A stretch of DNA of 63,995 nucleotides, counting the filler, from Deltaproteobacteria bacterium (GTDB taxonomy: Bacteria; JAUYMQ01), in assembly GCA_030698575.1 (NCBI GenBank). It is 9 parts of 9 records of this genome, joined end to end, with 100 filler letters (N's around TTAATTAATTAA, not from the genome) between each part and the next. Parts side by side here need not be neighbours in the genome. Positions count along the whole stretch, not along the records: positions 36,184 to 48,122 come from JAUYMQ010000175.1; positions 48,223 to 52,625 come from JAUYMQ010000176.1; 7 more parts are not named here. One strand, 5' to 3'. Shown here one piece after another: positions 40,590 to 51,082 of this stretch. The notes beneath the pieces are model-generated. The model searched no databases. It was not told where the DNA came from and saw only the letters and a program-made list of their open reading frames with translations. A program made the translations under genes and the position numbers. How positions within the stretch are numbered: the first letter of the stretch is position 1; the number at the start of each line of letters is the position of its first letter.

Positions 40590-42011
40590 ATGCTCAAGAA
40601 GCCGATGAGGCTGGCTTCACTCACCTTGCTTGTTTTCACAATGCTGAGAGCCGTGCCGTGCCTGGCGGAGGAGAAGCTTTCTGCCGCCGAGACCAGCCAG
40701 ATCGCGGAGGAAGCGTTCGTCTACGGCTTCCCGATGGTCATGAACTACGCGGTGTTCTACGAGTACTTCGTGGACAAGGCCGGGGCGGAGTACAAGGCCC
40801 CCCCGAATCAGCTCTACAACACGGCGCGCGTCTACACCCCCAAGGACACGGCTGTCGTCACGCCCAACAGCGACACGCCATACTCGTTCGTCGCCATGGA
40901 TCTTCGGGCCGAGCCGTTCGTATTCTGCAATCCGGAAATCGAGAAGTCGCGCTACTTCTCGGTGCAGCTCGTCGACATGTACACGTACAACTACGGGTAC
41001 ATCGGGAGCCGCGCCACCGGGAACGTGGCCGGATGCCACATGGTCGCGGGGCCGTCCTGGAAGGGCGAGAAGCCCGCAGGCATCGGCCAGGTATTCCGGA
41101 GCGAAACTGATTTCTCGTTGGCCATCATCCGCACGCAGCTCTTCAATCCGGCCGACATCGATAACGTGAAGAAGATCCAGGCCGGTTACCGGGCGCTGAC
41201 GCTCTCGAAATTTCAGGACAAGCCGTCGCCGGCCGCCGCCCCGGAGGTCGCGTGGCCGAAGATCGACAAGAAGCTGGCCGACGCCGATCCGTTCGCGTAC
41301 CTGAACTTCGTGCTGACGCTTTGCCCTCCCACGGGGCCCGCGGCCGTGGAGGTGCCGATGCGCAACCGCTTCGCGAAGATCGGCGTCGAGGCAGGCAAGC
41401 CGTTCTCGCTCGACAACTTCACGCCGGAGCAGAAGGCGGCGCTCGAGACGGGAATGAAGAGCGGAGTCGAGAAGATCAAGCAAACCGTCGGGAAGCTCGG
41501 CAAGGATGTGAACGGCTGGCGTATCGCGATGAACGGTTTCGGAGACCGGGAGGCGTACGGAGGGGACTTTGCGCTCCGCGCCGCGGCCGCCATGGCGGGA
41601 ATCTACGGCAACGACGCGGTCGAGGCGCTGTATCCGTTGCTCAGCACTGACGCCGATGGCCAGAAAGCTGATACGAGCATCAATCGCTACACGCTCACGT
41701 TCCCGGCCGGTCAGCTCCCCCCCGTCAACGCGTTCTGGTCTGTGACCATGTACGATGGCAAGACACAGCTTCTCATCGAGAACCCTATCAACCGCTACCT
41801 GATCAACTCGCCGATGTTGCCGAATCTGAAGAAGAACGCGGATGGTTCGCTGACCCTCCACATCCAGAAGGAATCACCGGCCAAGAATCTGGAGGCCAAC
41901 TGGCTGCCGGCGCCGGATGGTCCGATCTATCTCGTCATGCGGCTCTACTGGCCGCAAGAGTCGGCGCTGAAGGGAATCTGGACGCCGCCGGCCATTCAGC
42001 GGGTCAAGTAA
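40590..42011 (+). CDS. exported DUF1254/DUF1214 protein
   Basis: signal peptide, PNSDTPYS, PPVNAFWSVTMYD, NWLPAP, MRLYWP. Confidence 0.92.
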   Translation: MLKKPMRLASLTLLVFTMLRAVPCLAEEKLSAAETSQIAEEAFVYGFPMVMNYAVFYEYFVDKAGAEYKAPPNQLYNTARVYTPKDTAVVTPNSDTPYSFVAMDLRAEPFVFCNPEIEKSRYFSVQLVDMYTYNYGYIGSRATGNVAGCHMVAGPSWKGEKPAGIGQVFRSETDFSLAIIRTQLFNPADIDNVKKIQAGYRALTLSKFQDKPSPAAAPEVAWPKIDKKLADADPFAYLNFVLTLCPPTGPAAVEVPMRNRFAKIGVEAGKPFSLDNFTPEQKAALETGMKSGVEKIKQTVGKLGKDVNGWRIAMNGFGDREAYGGDFALRAAAAMAGIYGNDAVEALYPLLSTDADGQKADTSINRYTLTFPAGQLPPVNAFWSVTMYDGKTQLLIENPINRYLINSPMLPNLKKNADGSLTLHIQKESPAKNLEANWLPAPDGPIYLVMRLYWPQESALKGIWTPPAIQRVK

Positions 42012-42084
42012 GTCAGCAGACGCAATCGATATGAACGGTGGGCGACTGAACGCGGGTGTGAGCTGACTCGTTCCGCGGAGCGGC

Positions 42085-44496
42085 TCAGTCGAACAGCCCC
42101 GCTCTTCGCGAGGCCATGACGCCGTCGATGGCGTCCACCCCTCGCACCAGCTCCCGCAACTCTGCGGCGAAGGTCTCGCGCCGCTGCTTGAGGTTCGGGG
42201 AGCCCGTTTCCAGCAAGCCTCGGTTTCGCGCCAGCTTCAAGCCCGTCCTGAAATAAATGACCGAGAGCGACTCCTGGTGCAGGACGCGCTTCTGGAGGAA
42301 GAACTGCTTCCCGACGGCCTGGCATGTGGTCAAAAACGCCGCCTCGTCGAACTCCCCCTCGCCGCCCTCGTCCACAGTCAGCCGCTCGAGACAGGTTGCC
42401 ACGACCAGGTAAGCCTCGAGGAAGCTTCGCAGCACGCGGGAGGCTACCAGGGGGTGGGCTTGCGCCAAGAGAGATCGCGCGGCGGACATCCCCTCGCCGA
42501 TGCTCTGTTCCGGATCGTCGCTCAGGAGAGCCAGTTCGTCCATCACGTTGGTCCGGAAGGTCTCCTTCTGCGCGAAGAAGAAATCGAACTTCAGCGTGTC
42601 GCGCAGCCGGAATGCGTTCTCCCAGAAGAGGGCGACGGGTTCCTCCGAGCGCTTGCTGGCCACCTTCAGGAGCGAGAGTTCGGTTATCGACCGCACGAGG
42701 AAGAAGTGGATGATGGTGTTCCGGTAGTAAGCGGCCGCCAGCGCCTGTCCGCTCGCGATCGAGAAGACCTCCTCCGCCCCTTCCTCCGAGAAGCACGACA
42801 CAACGCCGTTGGAGACAAGCGAGTCGAGCGTGGCGTGCACGGAGGCGGCGTCTGATAGAAGCGTCTGGCTCGTCGTGGGGAGGCGCCGGCGTACCACGTA
42901 GCGCAGCAGCGCCTTGGTCTCTTCGTACACCTCGTCGAGGGCCAATGATCGGTCGCCGGCGCCGAGCAGCGCCAGCGTGACGAGCGAGACGGGCGTTATC
43001 GGCGTAACCATGTTGATCCGGTGCTCGAGGCGGAAGGCGAACTTCTGCACCTCGAGGTTCCCCTCCACGCTGTCGATGGCCTCCGGCGCGCCCAGATAGC
43101 CCCGCACGCTCACCGGCTCGTGGAAACGCAGGTAGATCCGCCCGTAGCGCCGGCGAAGGCGGCCCACCACCTTCAGGAACCACCCGAAGCTCTCCCGCTC
43201 CTTCTTCCCGCCCCCCGCCTCGGCCACGTAATCGCCCACGTCGCTGATCTGATCGTAGGTAATCGAGCAGGGGACGAAGTAAATATCCTCGCTCTTCCCC
43301 CGTTTGTAAGAGTCGACCACGTAATTCAGCATGCCAAAGCGCGGCGGAAGAAGCTTTCCCGTGCGCGAGCGCCCGCCTTCGAGATACCACTCGAGATGGA
43401 AGCGCTTCTCGATCAGGTAGTCGAGGTAACTACGCAGGACGAACTTGTAGAGCTCGTTGTCGCGGAAGGTCCGGCGGATGAAGAACACCCCGCAGCGGCG
43501 CACCAGCATCCCGATGGGGAAGAAGTTCATGTTGATGCCGCCGGCCGTGTGGTTGGGCGAATGCCCGAGCATGTAAAAGAGGTACTGGAGCAGCAGATGG
43601 TCGAGATTCGACTTGTGGCTCGGCAGGAAAACGAGCGGGTAGCGCCGGCCCAGGGCGAAGATCCGGTCGAGCTGCTCGCGGTCGAACCGAATCTCCTCCT
43701 CGTAGCCCATCATATAAAGGCGCCGGATGAGTCGCGCGGCCAGGTCCATGAGGAAGGGGCTGTGCTTGGCGGCGATCTCGCGCAGGTAGCGCGCCGCCTG
43801 CAGCTCGACGCGCTTCTCGGGGCGGTTGAGCTCGCGAGAAAGGCGGGCGATGCCCGCGCGGAAGCCCGCCGAGCCGAGGATGAAGGTGTCGAGCATGCGG
43901 GGAACCTTGTAGCGGTTCCCGCGCAAGGCGCGCTCGCCCCGCTCGAGGGCCAGGGCGGCCTGCTGCGCGACGAATGCCGGCAGGCCCATCTCGGTCTGAT
44001 GGGTGCTCTCGCTCCAGCGCCGGCGGAGCTCGGACAGCCGCGCGGGCTCACCCGAAATCACGCGGCAGAGATACGGCTTTCGCCAGAGCGTCCAGACCTG
44101 CCGGAGCAGGTTGGGGTCGCGGGGATTGCCGAAGAGCAGATCGCGGAAGCGTGCCTTGCGGGTTTGCTTGTGCGTTTCGGGCATCCAGACCACCCGGATC
44201 GGCGCGAACAGCGGATCGTCCTGCGCGGCGACCTCGGCTTTGAGCCGTCCCTCGAGCTTCTGGCGCCGCGGCCGGCGTGTGCAGGGGATGGAAACCACCT
44301 GCGGCGCGGTTGGCCCTTCGCAGTGCTCGGGGCGGTTCCTGTCGATCCAGGCCTGGGCGATGCGGGCTTCGGCGGCGCCGGCGCAGTCGAGGAGGAACAC
44401 CACGCGGCACGGCTCCTCCGTGGGCCACGGGGGGTCGGTGAACTCCTGGGCTGAGGTGATGCGCCCGGTGTTCTTCGGAGTCGTCTCGGCGCTCAT
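42085..44496 (-). CDS. plsB: glycerol-3-phosphate 1-O-acyltransferase
   Basis: PSHKSNLD, FFIRR, YLEGGRSRTGKL; ATG 44496 overlaps the upstream stop. Confidence 0.9.
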   Translation of the reverse strand: MSAETTPKNTGRITSAQEFTDPPWPTEEPCRVVFLLDCAGAAEARIAQAWIDRNRPEHCEGPTAPQVVSIPCTRRPRRQKLEGRLKAEVAAQDDPLFAPIRVVWMPETHKQTRKARFRDLLFGNPRDPNLLRQVWTLWRKPYLCRVISGEPARLSELRRRWSESTHQTEMGLPAFVAQQAALALERGERALRGNRYKVPRMLDTFILGSAGFRAGIARLSRELNRPEKRVELQAARYLREIAAKHSPFLMDLAARLIRRLYMMGYEEEIRFDREQLDRIFALGRRYPLVFLPSHKSNLDHLLLQYLFYMLGHSPNHTAGGINMNFFPIGMLVRRCGVFFIRRTFRDNELYKFVLRSYLDYLIEKRFHLEWYLEGGRSRTGKLLPPRFGMLNYVVDSYKRGKSEDIYFVPCSITYDQISDVGDYVAEAGGGKKERESFGWFLKVVGRLRRRYGRIYLRFHEPVSVRGYLGAPEAIDSVEGNLEVQKFAFRLEHRINMVTPITPVSLVTLALLGAGDRSLALDEVYEETKALLRYVVRRRLPTTSQTLLSDAASVHATLDSLVSNGVVSCFSEEGAEEVFSIASGQALAAAYYRNTIIHFFLVRSITELSLLKVASKRSEEPVALFWENAFRLRDTLKFDFFFAQKETFRTNVMDELALLSDDPEQSIGEGMSAARSLLAQAHPLVASRVLRSFLEAYLVVATCLERLTVDEGGEGEFDEAAFLTTCQAVGKQFFLQKRVLHQESLSVIYFRTGLKLARNRGLLETGSPNLKQRRETFAAELRELVRGVDAIDGVMASRRAGLFD

Positions 44497-45308
44497 GGTT
44501 CGGTGACCTTTCGCGCCGGCCGTGCCCGGCGCCGCGAGCGCGGCTTGCCGCGGCTGTCTTTCTGGCCGAGGGTTTGGAGGAACAGCTGACGCACGTCGTC
44601 CATGCGCCGCTCGAGATCCACCGGCTTCCAGCCTTTCGTCGGAACCGGGGGCAGCACCGAGATGCGAACCACGCCGGGCCGGGCGATGCCGCTGCCGGGG
44701 CGGAGCCTCTGGATCGAATCGTGGAACACGATGGGCACAATCGGCACGCCCGCCTGCATGGCGACGTGGAAGCCCCCCTTCTTGAAGGACCCCAGCCGCC
44801 CGTCCCGCGAGCGCGTCCCCTCGGGCGCGATGACCATCGAACGCCCCCCGCGGATTGCCTGCACGGCGGGGCGGAGGGCGGCGATGGCGCTCATCCGGTT
44901 CTCCCGGTCGATGAAAACGATGCCGAGGAGATCCATCACAGGGCCGATGACCGGCTTGTCGCGGACCTCCTTCTTCGCGATCGCGAAGACGTCGCGCCGG
45001 AGAAGGCGGGCGCAGAGGAAGGCCTCGCAAGCCGACTGGTGATTGAACATGAAGACGCAGGGGCGATGCGACCAAAGATGCTCCTCACCGTCCACCTTCA
45101 TGTCAATGCCGGTGAACCCTGAGGCCAGCTCCGCCCAGAGGTTGCTCGTCACGTGGACGACCGTGCGGCGGGATCCAGCGGCGGCGCCGGCGGCCAGCCC
45201 GGCGATCGCGGCAGGCACGGCGGCACCGTAGGCGAGCCAGTAGCGTCCGATGCCGGTGGCCGTCTCGAACAGCGTCAGATCCGATCTGTCGGCCCAGGCC
45301 TTGATCAT
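44493..45308 (-). CDS. plsC: 1-acyl-sn-glycerol-3-phosphate acyltransferase
   Basis: NHQS..E, FIDR, PEGTRS, FKKGGF. Confidence 0.88.
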   Translation of the reverse strand: MIKAWADRSDLTLFETATGIGRYWLAYGAAVPAAIAGLAAGAAAGSRRTVVHVTSNLWAELASGFTGIDMKVDGEEHLWSHRPCVFMFNHQSACEAFLCARLLRRDVFAIAKKEVRDKPVIGPVMDLLGIVFIDRENRMSAIAALRPAVQAIRGGRSMVIAPEGTRSRDGRLGSFKKGGFHVAMQAGVPIVPIVFHDSIQRLRPGSGIARPGVVRISVLPPVPTKGWKPVDLERRMDDVRQLFLQTLGQKDSRGKPRSRRRARPARKVTEP

Positions 45309-45376
45309 GCGCGGCGCCCCTGGCGGGAGTGACCCGCCATCATACCGTCATCCCGCGCGGGGGTCCAACCGCGCCC

Positions 45377-45477
45377 CCGCATGTCATTGCGAGGCGCCCC
45401 GGAGGGGCGCCGAAGCAATCCCCTTCGCACTTGCCGGGGGATTGCTTCGTCGCTTCGCTCCTCGCAATGACATGCGG
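45377..45477. repeat. palindromic REP/MITE-like element, copy 3
   Basis: CCGCATGTCATTGCGAGG...CCTCGCAATGACATGCGG; 45438-45474 is identical to 552-588; an extra degenerate arm lies near 45493-45512. Confidence 0.85.
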
Positions 45478-45523
45478 CGTGGCCTTGGTGGCCCTCCTCG
45501 AAATGATATGCGTCGCCGGCGGC

Positions 45524-45551
45524 TTGAAAAGCCCCGGCTCCGTGTTACAAT
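45524..45551 (+). promoter_or_regulatory. sigma70 promoter of tRNA-Ala
   Basis: TTGAAA-16-TACAAT with TG extension. Confidence 0.7.
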
Positions 45552-45596
45552 TCCGGCCCGATCCCGGAAGACCCTCGGGCCTGTGTAACCCCTTGC

Positions 45597-45672
<76 letters not shown>

Positions 45673-45759
45673 TGTGAGTCCCGAAGGTCTTTCGGGGGCG
45701 AGCCCGCCCGGGCAACCGGCGGGCTCGCCGTTTGTTTGCCCCCAGAGGAGGAAGCTGCC

Positions 45760-46233
45760 ATGGCCATCGCCGAAGGAAAGCTCGCGCCCGACTTCACGCT
45801 CGACGACGAGAACGGGAAAAAGGTTTCCCTCAAGGATTTCCGGGGCAGGAACGTGATCGTTTACTTCTACCCGAAAGACGACACCCCCGGCTGCACGAAA
45901 GAGGCGCAGGGGTTCCGGGATCTCTGGAAGAAGATTCAGAAGGAAGACGCCGTGGTGCTCGGCGTTTCACCCGACTCGCCGGCCTCTCACGTGAAGTTCA
46001 TCAAGAAGTACAAGCTGCCGTTCACGCTGCTGTGCGATCCGGAGAAGAAGATGATGACGCGCTACGGCGCCTTCGGCGAGAAGATGATGTACGGGAAGAA
46101 GTCGATGGGGATCATTCGCTCGACCGTCTGGGTCGGGCCGGATGGCAACGTGCAGAAGCACTGGGCGCGCGTGGCGAAGGCGGAGGATCACCCGGCGCGG
46201 GTGCTGGCCGCGCTCAAGGGGGAGGCGGACTGA
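45760..46233 (+). CDS. bcp: peroxiredoxin, BCP/PrxQ type
   Basis: YFYPKDDTPGCTKEA; GAGGAG RBS. Confidence 0.93.
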   Translation: MAIAEGKLAPDFTLDDENGKKVSLKDFRGRNVIVYFYPKDDTPGCTKEAQGFRDLWKKIQKEDAVVLGVSPDSPASHVKFIKKYKLPFTLLCDPEKKMMTRYGAFGEKMMYGKKSMGIIRSTVWVGPDGNVQKHWARVAKAEDHPARVLAALKGEAD

Positions 46234-47281
46234 GGCGGCAGTCGAGAAAGCGGTCATCCCAGACGGCGCCGATGAGCATTCGCCCGTCCCGCACCGCGGC
46301 CACGGTGGCGGCGGCGATGCGATATCCGGGATCGAGGAAGATCTCCTCCACCGAGGGCCCGCCCGCCGCATCGAGATCCACGCGGATCACCTGCGCGGGC
46401 GCCGGCGCCGACGGATCCCCGGCGTTCTTCGCGAGGGTGAGCAGCTTCGGGTGAGCGCCGATCCAGAGCCTGCCCCGCTCGTCCAGCTCGATGTTGTCCA
46501 CGCCCGTGCCCAGATCGATTCGCTGCTGCTCATGGAGGGCGCCCGAGGCCTCGTCGCGGTCGTACACGAAAAGCGCCCTGTCGATCATCGCCGCCACGTA
46601 GATTCGCCGCCCGTCCGCGCTCCGGTTGATGCCGTTCGCGAAGCGGAGCCCGGTGGCCGCCAGCTGAAAAGACTTGCCGTCGTAGTAGAGGACGTTCGCC
46701 AGGGGGAGCCGGAGATAGTCCTCCAGCGTCTCGCGAAGGCCGGGCGGGCTCCCGTGGTCGTTTGTCACGTAGAACCTTCTTTGATCGACGGCAACGATGT
46801 CGTTCGGGGAGATGAGGGCTTTATCGCGGATCGTCTCGCGATGAATGAGCCTTTCGTCGGTGAGATCGTAGATCTCGATGCTCTGCTCGCCACCGGCGTG
46901 GTTGATCACGAAAAGCCTGTCGGGTCCGTCGGAGCGCCGCAGAAGGCTGAGGCCGTGCGGGCGGAAGTCTGGGGGCGCGTTGGGCGTGAGATCGCGCAGC
47001 CGGGGGACGGGGACCGAAAGATCGTAGGCGTAGAGCCCGCCGTGCCCCGGGCGCCCGGCGTCGACGGCGCGCCGGTCGTGGGCCGAAAGATAGGCGACGT
47101 TGCCCTCGGGGTGGATGGTGATATCCTCCGCACCCACAACACCGAGCACCTGCACGCAGCTTCCATCGAAATGAGGCTCGAGGCGGCTGTACTCCCCCGT
47201 GATCCAGAGAAGCCAGATGAACCATCCCCCCACAAGGACGGCGACAACTCCGGCGATCTGAAGCGTGCGGCGCACCATCAT
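46214..47281 (-). CDS. paraoxonase/arylesterase-like beta-propeller lactonase
   Basis: N-terminal TM, GAEDI, F.PHGLS, NDIVAV..FYVTNDH, FANGI, GVDNI. Confidence 0.85.
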   Translation of the reverse strand: MMVRRTLQIAGVVAVLVGGWFIWLLWITGEYSRLEPHFDGSCVQVLGVVGAEDITIHPEGNVAYLSAHDRRAVDAGRPGHGGLYAYDLSVPVPRLRDLTPNAPPDFRPHGLSLLRRSDGPDRLFVINHAGGEQSIEIYDLTDERLIHRETIRDKALISPNDIVAVDQRRFYVTNDHGSPPGLRETLEDYLRLPLANVLYYDGKSFQLAATGLRFANGINRSADGRRIYVAAMIDRALFVYDRDEASGALHEQQRIDLGTGVDNIELDERGRLWIGAHPKLLTLAKNAGDPSAPAPAQVIRVDLDAAGGPSVEEIFLDPGYRIAAATVAAVRDGRMLIGAVWDDRFLDCRLSPPPP

Positions 47282-47386
47282 GGATCCTTATGAAGCCTTC
47301 CTGTCATGGCGAAGAGGGCCGCTATCACTTGACGCCTTGCATCTAATGCGCCATTCACTCTGTGAAACATTACTATATAGGCCAAT

Positions 47387-48122
47387 ATGGATTCCAAGCT
47401 ACTTCTGCTCGGGGCGGTCACCGGCTTCACGATCTACCTCGGCCTTCCGCTTGCCCGCATCCGCCGCGCGGGTCCTGAAACGCGCGGCTTCCTGAATGCC
47501 CTCTCGGTCGGCATCCTCCTCTTCCTGCTCGTCGAGATCGTGGGCAAGTCGCTCGAGACCATCGAGCACGGCGTTGTCGCCGCGGTCCGCGGCTCGGCGC
47601 CCCGAGGCGAGTTCATTCATGCCGCCCTCTTCGCGCTCGGCTTCGGCCTCGGCCTGATGCTGATGGTCGCCTTCGAATCGCGCTTCCTGCGCCGCACGGC
47701 TGATCCCGGCGCAGCGCCGGCCGGCCCCCTGTCGGACTTCGAGGCGCGTCGCGTGGCGCTCCTGATCGCGACGGGCATCGGCCTGCACAACTTCGGCGAG
47801 GGGCTCGCCATCGGGCAGCTCTACGCGGCGGGCGCGATGTCGCTGGCGCTGACCCTGGTCATCGGCTTCGCGCTGCACAACGCAACGGAAGGGTTCGGCA
47901 TAGCCGCGCCTCTCTCGGGCCGCGGGGTGTCCTATGGCTTCCTGGGGCTGGCGGGGCTCATCGGCGGCGGGCCGACGTTTGTCGGCGCCATTCTTGGCAG
48001 CGTCTGGGTATCCCGACTCTTCGAGACCTTCGTTCTCGCCCTTGCCGGCGGATCGATCCTCTTCATCGTGGGCGAGCTGTTGCACATAGGCCGGCGGCAG
48101 GCGGTGCATGGCCGCGTCATGA
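47387..48122 (+). CDS. ZIP-family metal transporter; 3'-truncated
   Basis: GIGLHNFGEGLAIG, ALHNATEGFGI. Confidence 0.92.
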
Positions 48123-48222
48123 NNNNNNNNNNNNNNNNNNNNNNNNNNNNNNNNNNNNNNNNNNNNTTAATTAATTAANNNNNNNNNNNNNNNNNNNNNN
48201 NNNNNNNNNNNNNNNNNNNNNN

Positions 48223-48306
48223 TACCGGATTCTCTACATCGCGCACGACGCCGCGCTCTTGGTCGTGGTCTACAAGATCGGGCACCGTCGCGAAGTTTAC
48301 CGCTGA
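48223..48306 (+). CDS. C-terminus of a RelE/StbE-family toxin
   Basis: YRILY...LVVVYKIGHRREVYR*. Confidence 0.85.
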   Translation, partial: YRILYIAHDAALLVVVYKIGHRREVYR

Positions 48307-48314
48307 CCCTGTCC

Positions 48315-48381
48315 GCCTAATGTATCGCTGATAAGCTGCGGCCGCCCATGGGCGGCCGTCAGCTTCAGCAGCAGGTTAGAG
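48315..48381 (-). mobile_element. integron attC site (minus orientation)
   Basis: minus strand: R'' CTCTAAC-CTGCT-L'' GCTGAAGC-TGAC-GGCCGCC/CATG/GGCGGCC-GCA-L' GCTTATC-AGCGATAC-R' ATTAGGC; the extrahelical bases fix the orientation. Confidence 0.85.
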
Positions 48382-48392
48382 CGCGATTGTTT

Positions 48393-48909
<517 letters not shown>

Positions 48910-48913
48910 CTAA

Positions 48914-50387
48914 CTAGAATTCATAGCTTGGTACTTAAGAATCAAATCCGATGTATTCCAATCCGAATTGCATTCTGCCCCGCAGGCCGTCCCGTTTAGG
49001 ATGGGCGCGGCGGGCATTAGTCGCAAGATAGCGGAAGATTCGCTCCAAGATAACCTTCAGGTGCCGAAAGCCGTCCAGAGCCGACTGGAGTAAGTCGGGG
49101 AGGATGTGAGGGCCCGACATGGCCACGATCCGGCTTGAGATCGGCGCCTTGCCTGCGCGCTGACTCGCGTGGGCAAGGCCCCTCTTCAATGCAGCCGCGC
49201 AAAGGCTGGCCCAGATGAGCCCTTCGACCAAGGGTGCCTTCGCACTGGTGAACGCATGGAGATTGGCGTAGGACTTCCACTCCTTGAACAGCAGCTCGAT
49301 CTGCCAGCGGAGGCGGTACACCTGCAACACCTCACGCGCCGTGAGCACACGCCGCGACACATTGCTCACCAGCACCAGGTAGCGCTTCTTGGGGCGGTTC
49401 CAGAGGAGGACCATCCGCAGCCGCAGCGTTTCTCCTCCGGGCCGGTCCCATTGCACATCGAGGTCCAGACGGCGGCGCGGCAGCACGTGAACGACCTCCT
49501 GAAGCCGCCGCCCCTCGAAACGACGCAGCCTTCCCCCGGGCCCGCGCACCTTCAGGAGGAGCGGGTCCAGATCCCGCTTGCCGCGCACCAGAAAGAACCC
49601 GCCGGCCGCCTGGACCTTTTCCCAGTAGGCCCGGTTCTGATACCCCCGGTCGGCCAGGAAAAGCTTGCCCCGCAAGCTCTCCGGGGCGGGCAGAAAGTGC
49701 TGCTCGGCCTCCTTGTCCGGTGCCACTTGCGCTTCGATCACCTGGTCCTGGAAGACGCTCAGGAAGGTGTGGATCTCGACGGCGGCCGGGCGGATGGCCG
49801 TGAAGCGGCCGCCGAAGTGCTGCGCCAGGGCGTCGTGCACGGCAAAGGAGCTGCCGTCCTGGATGACCAGGTCCCGGAAGTGGGCGAGCTTGCCCCCCGC
49901 GGCCGGCCGGAGCACGCGGGCCGAGAGGTTTTGGAGGAGGTCGTGGAAGACCTGGCGCATGAAGCGGGGGAATTCGGGCTTCACCAGGCGGTTGTGGAAG
50001 GGCTTGTACTGAATGTTCAGGCCGGTCTGGGCGTTGAGGGTGCGGAGGCAATCAGCGACGCTCTCTACCCGCTGGGCGCCCAGCGCCTCCACCAGGGCGC
50101 AGACCAGCCGCTGGGGCGTGACCTCCCGCAATCGCCGGCAGTGCCCGCTCTGCCGTCCCCGGGCGGTCAGGTTCTCCCAGCCGAGGGTCTCTTTCACCGC
50201 GCTCGCAAATCGGTTAAGATGGTTTCTGTTCAACGGCGGCCTCCTTTCGATCGGACCTTGTTGGATCGTCCAACTGATTCCATCCGATAGAATGGCAGGT
50301 CGCCGTTGAACGTTTCAAGTTGATAACTCACGAACCAAAAAGTGATCTGATATCAGTAACTTATAAGATCCTACCTATGAATTCTAG
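48914..50387 (-). mobile_element. IS4-family insertion sequence, about 1.47 kb
   Basis: terminal IR CTAGAATTCATAG (13 bp perfect, 20/24 extended) at 48914-48937 and 50364-50387 enclosing one transposase. Confidence 0.88.
48935..50233 (-). CDS. IS4-family DDE transposase
   Basis: QDGS, LADRGY, Y-x2-R-x3-E-x6-K signature (YRLRWQIELLFKEWK). Confidence 0.95.
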   Translation of the reverse strand: MNRNHLNRFASAVKETLGWENLTARGRQSGHCRRLREVTPQRLVCALVEALGAQRVESVADCLRTLNAQTGLNIQYKPFHNRLVKPEFPRFMRQVFHDLLQNLSARVLRPAAGGKLAHFRDLVIQDGSSFAVHDALAQHFGGRFTAIRPAAVEIHTFLSVFQDQVIEAQVAPDKEAEQHFLPAPESLRGKLFLADRGYQNRAYWEKVQAAGGFFLVRGKRDLDPLLLKVRGPGGRLRRFEGRRLQEVVHVLPRRRLDLDVQWDRPGGETLRLRMVLLWNRPKKRYLVLVSNVSRRVLTAREVLQVYRLRWQIELLFKEWKSYANLHAFTSAKAPLVEGLIWASLCAAALKRGLAHASQRAGKAPISSRIVAMSGPHILPDLLQSALDGFRHLKVILERIFRYLATNARRAHPKRDGLRGRMQFGLEYIGFDS

Positions 50388-50400
50388 TTAGGCGCTCGGG

Positions 50401-50907
50401 ATGACTGACTGGATCTACTACCCTCGTTCTCGTCGGCCACCGAAGCTTGCTTTGGAGGTCGTCGCTGTATTTTCCTCCGCATCGTCGCTTATTGATTCAG
50501 CGTCACATGACCTTCCGAGCAACGAGGTTCTGGCGGCCGTTGCACCTGGACTCGCAAAGATCGGCTTCCGCGTCGAGACAGGTAAGACAGAGGAGAAGAA
50601 AATATGTGTGCCCGTTCTCTTTGGGCCGAGCGGTCGCACTGACAAAGCCTTTGATGCTGACGCGTGGCATGAAGAAGCTGGGTTTGTTGTAGAGGTAGAA
50701 GCTGGTCGCGGGGTCGTCAATAACCAGTTTCTTAAAGACCTCTTTCAGGCCTGCATGATGGTTGGCGTTGGGGACTTGGCCATTGCAGTGCGCAAGACCT
50801 ACCGAAAGAGCAATGACTTTGACAGGGTGTGCAAGTTTTTTGAGACGCTATATGCAAGTCCCAGGCTTCGGTTGCCATTGGAAGGAATTCTTCTCATTGG
50901 CTACTAG
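50401..50907 (+). CDS. restriction endonuclease-like PD-(D/E)xK-fold protein (cassette)
   Basis: F.VE N-helix, FDADAW...VVEVEAGRG..NN.F.KD; ATG 7 nt after the GTTAGGC core site. Confidence 0.65.
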   Translation: MTDWIYYPRSRRPPKLALEVVAVFSSASSLIDSASHDLPSNEVLAAVAPGLAKIGFRVETGKTEEKKICVPVLFGPSGRTDKAFDADAWHEEAGFVVEVEAGRGVVNNQFLKDLFQACMMVGVGDLAIAVRKTYRKSNDFDRVCKFFETLYASPRLRLPLEGILLIGY

Positions 50908-50910
50908 CGC

Positions 50911-51009
50911 ACCTATCAACCGCGTGAAGCTGTCGGTCCGTCTTGTCACGGCCCGTGCTTCCGCACGGTCCGCGCCAAACCGGCCCGCAGATTACGCGGA
51001 GCGTTAGAG
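50911..51009 (+). mobile_element. integron attC site
   Basis: R'' ACCTATC (degenerate)-AACCG-L'' CGTGAAGC ... CCGTGC/TTCC/GCACGG ... L' GATTACG-CGGAGC-R' GTTAGAG. Confidence 0.8.
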
Positions 51010-51024
51010 GTCATGGTGGCTTCG

Positions 51025-51051
51025 TTTACATGGGCCATATTTTTATATGGC
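51025..51051 (+). promoter_or_regulatory. TA cassette promoter with palindromic operator
   Basis: TTTACA followed by GCCATAT-TTTT-ATATGGC. Confidence 0.6.
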
Positions 51052-51082
51052 TTCCAGTTCCTACCTTTGGTACTCTTGCTCC

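Noticed and set aside
42012-42085. Possible attC after the DUF1254 gene
   Set aside because: No RYYYAAC/GTTRRRY pair with matching L boxes
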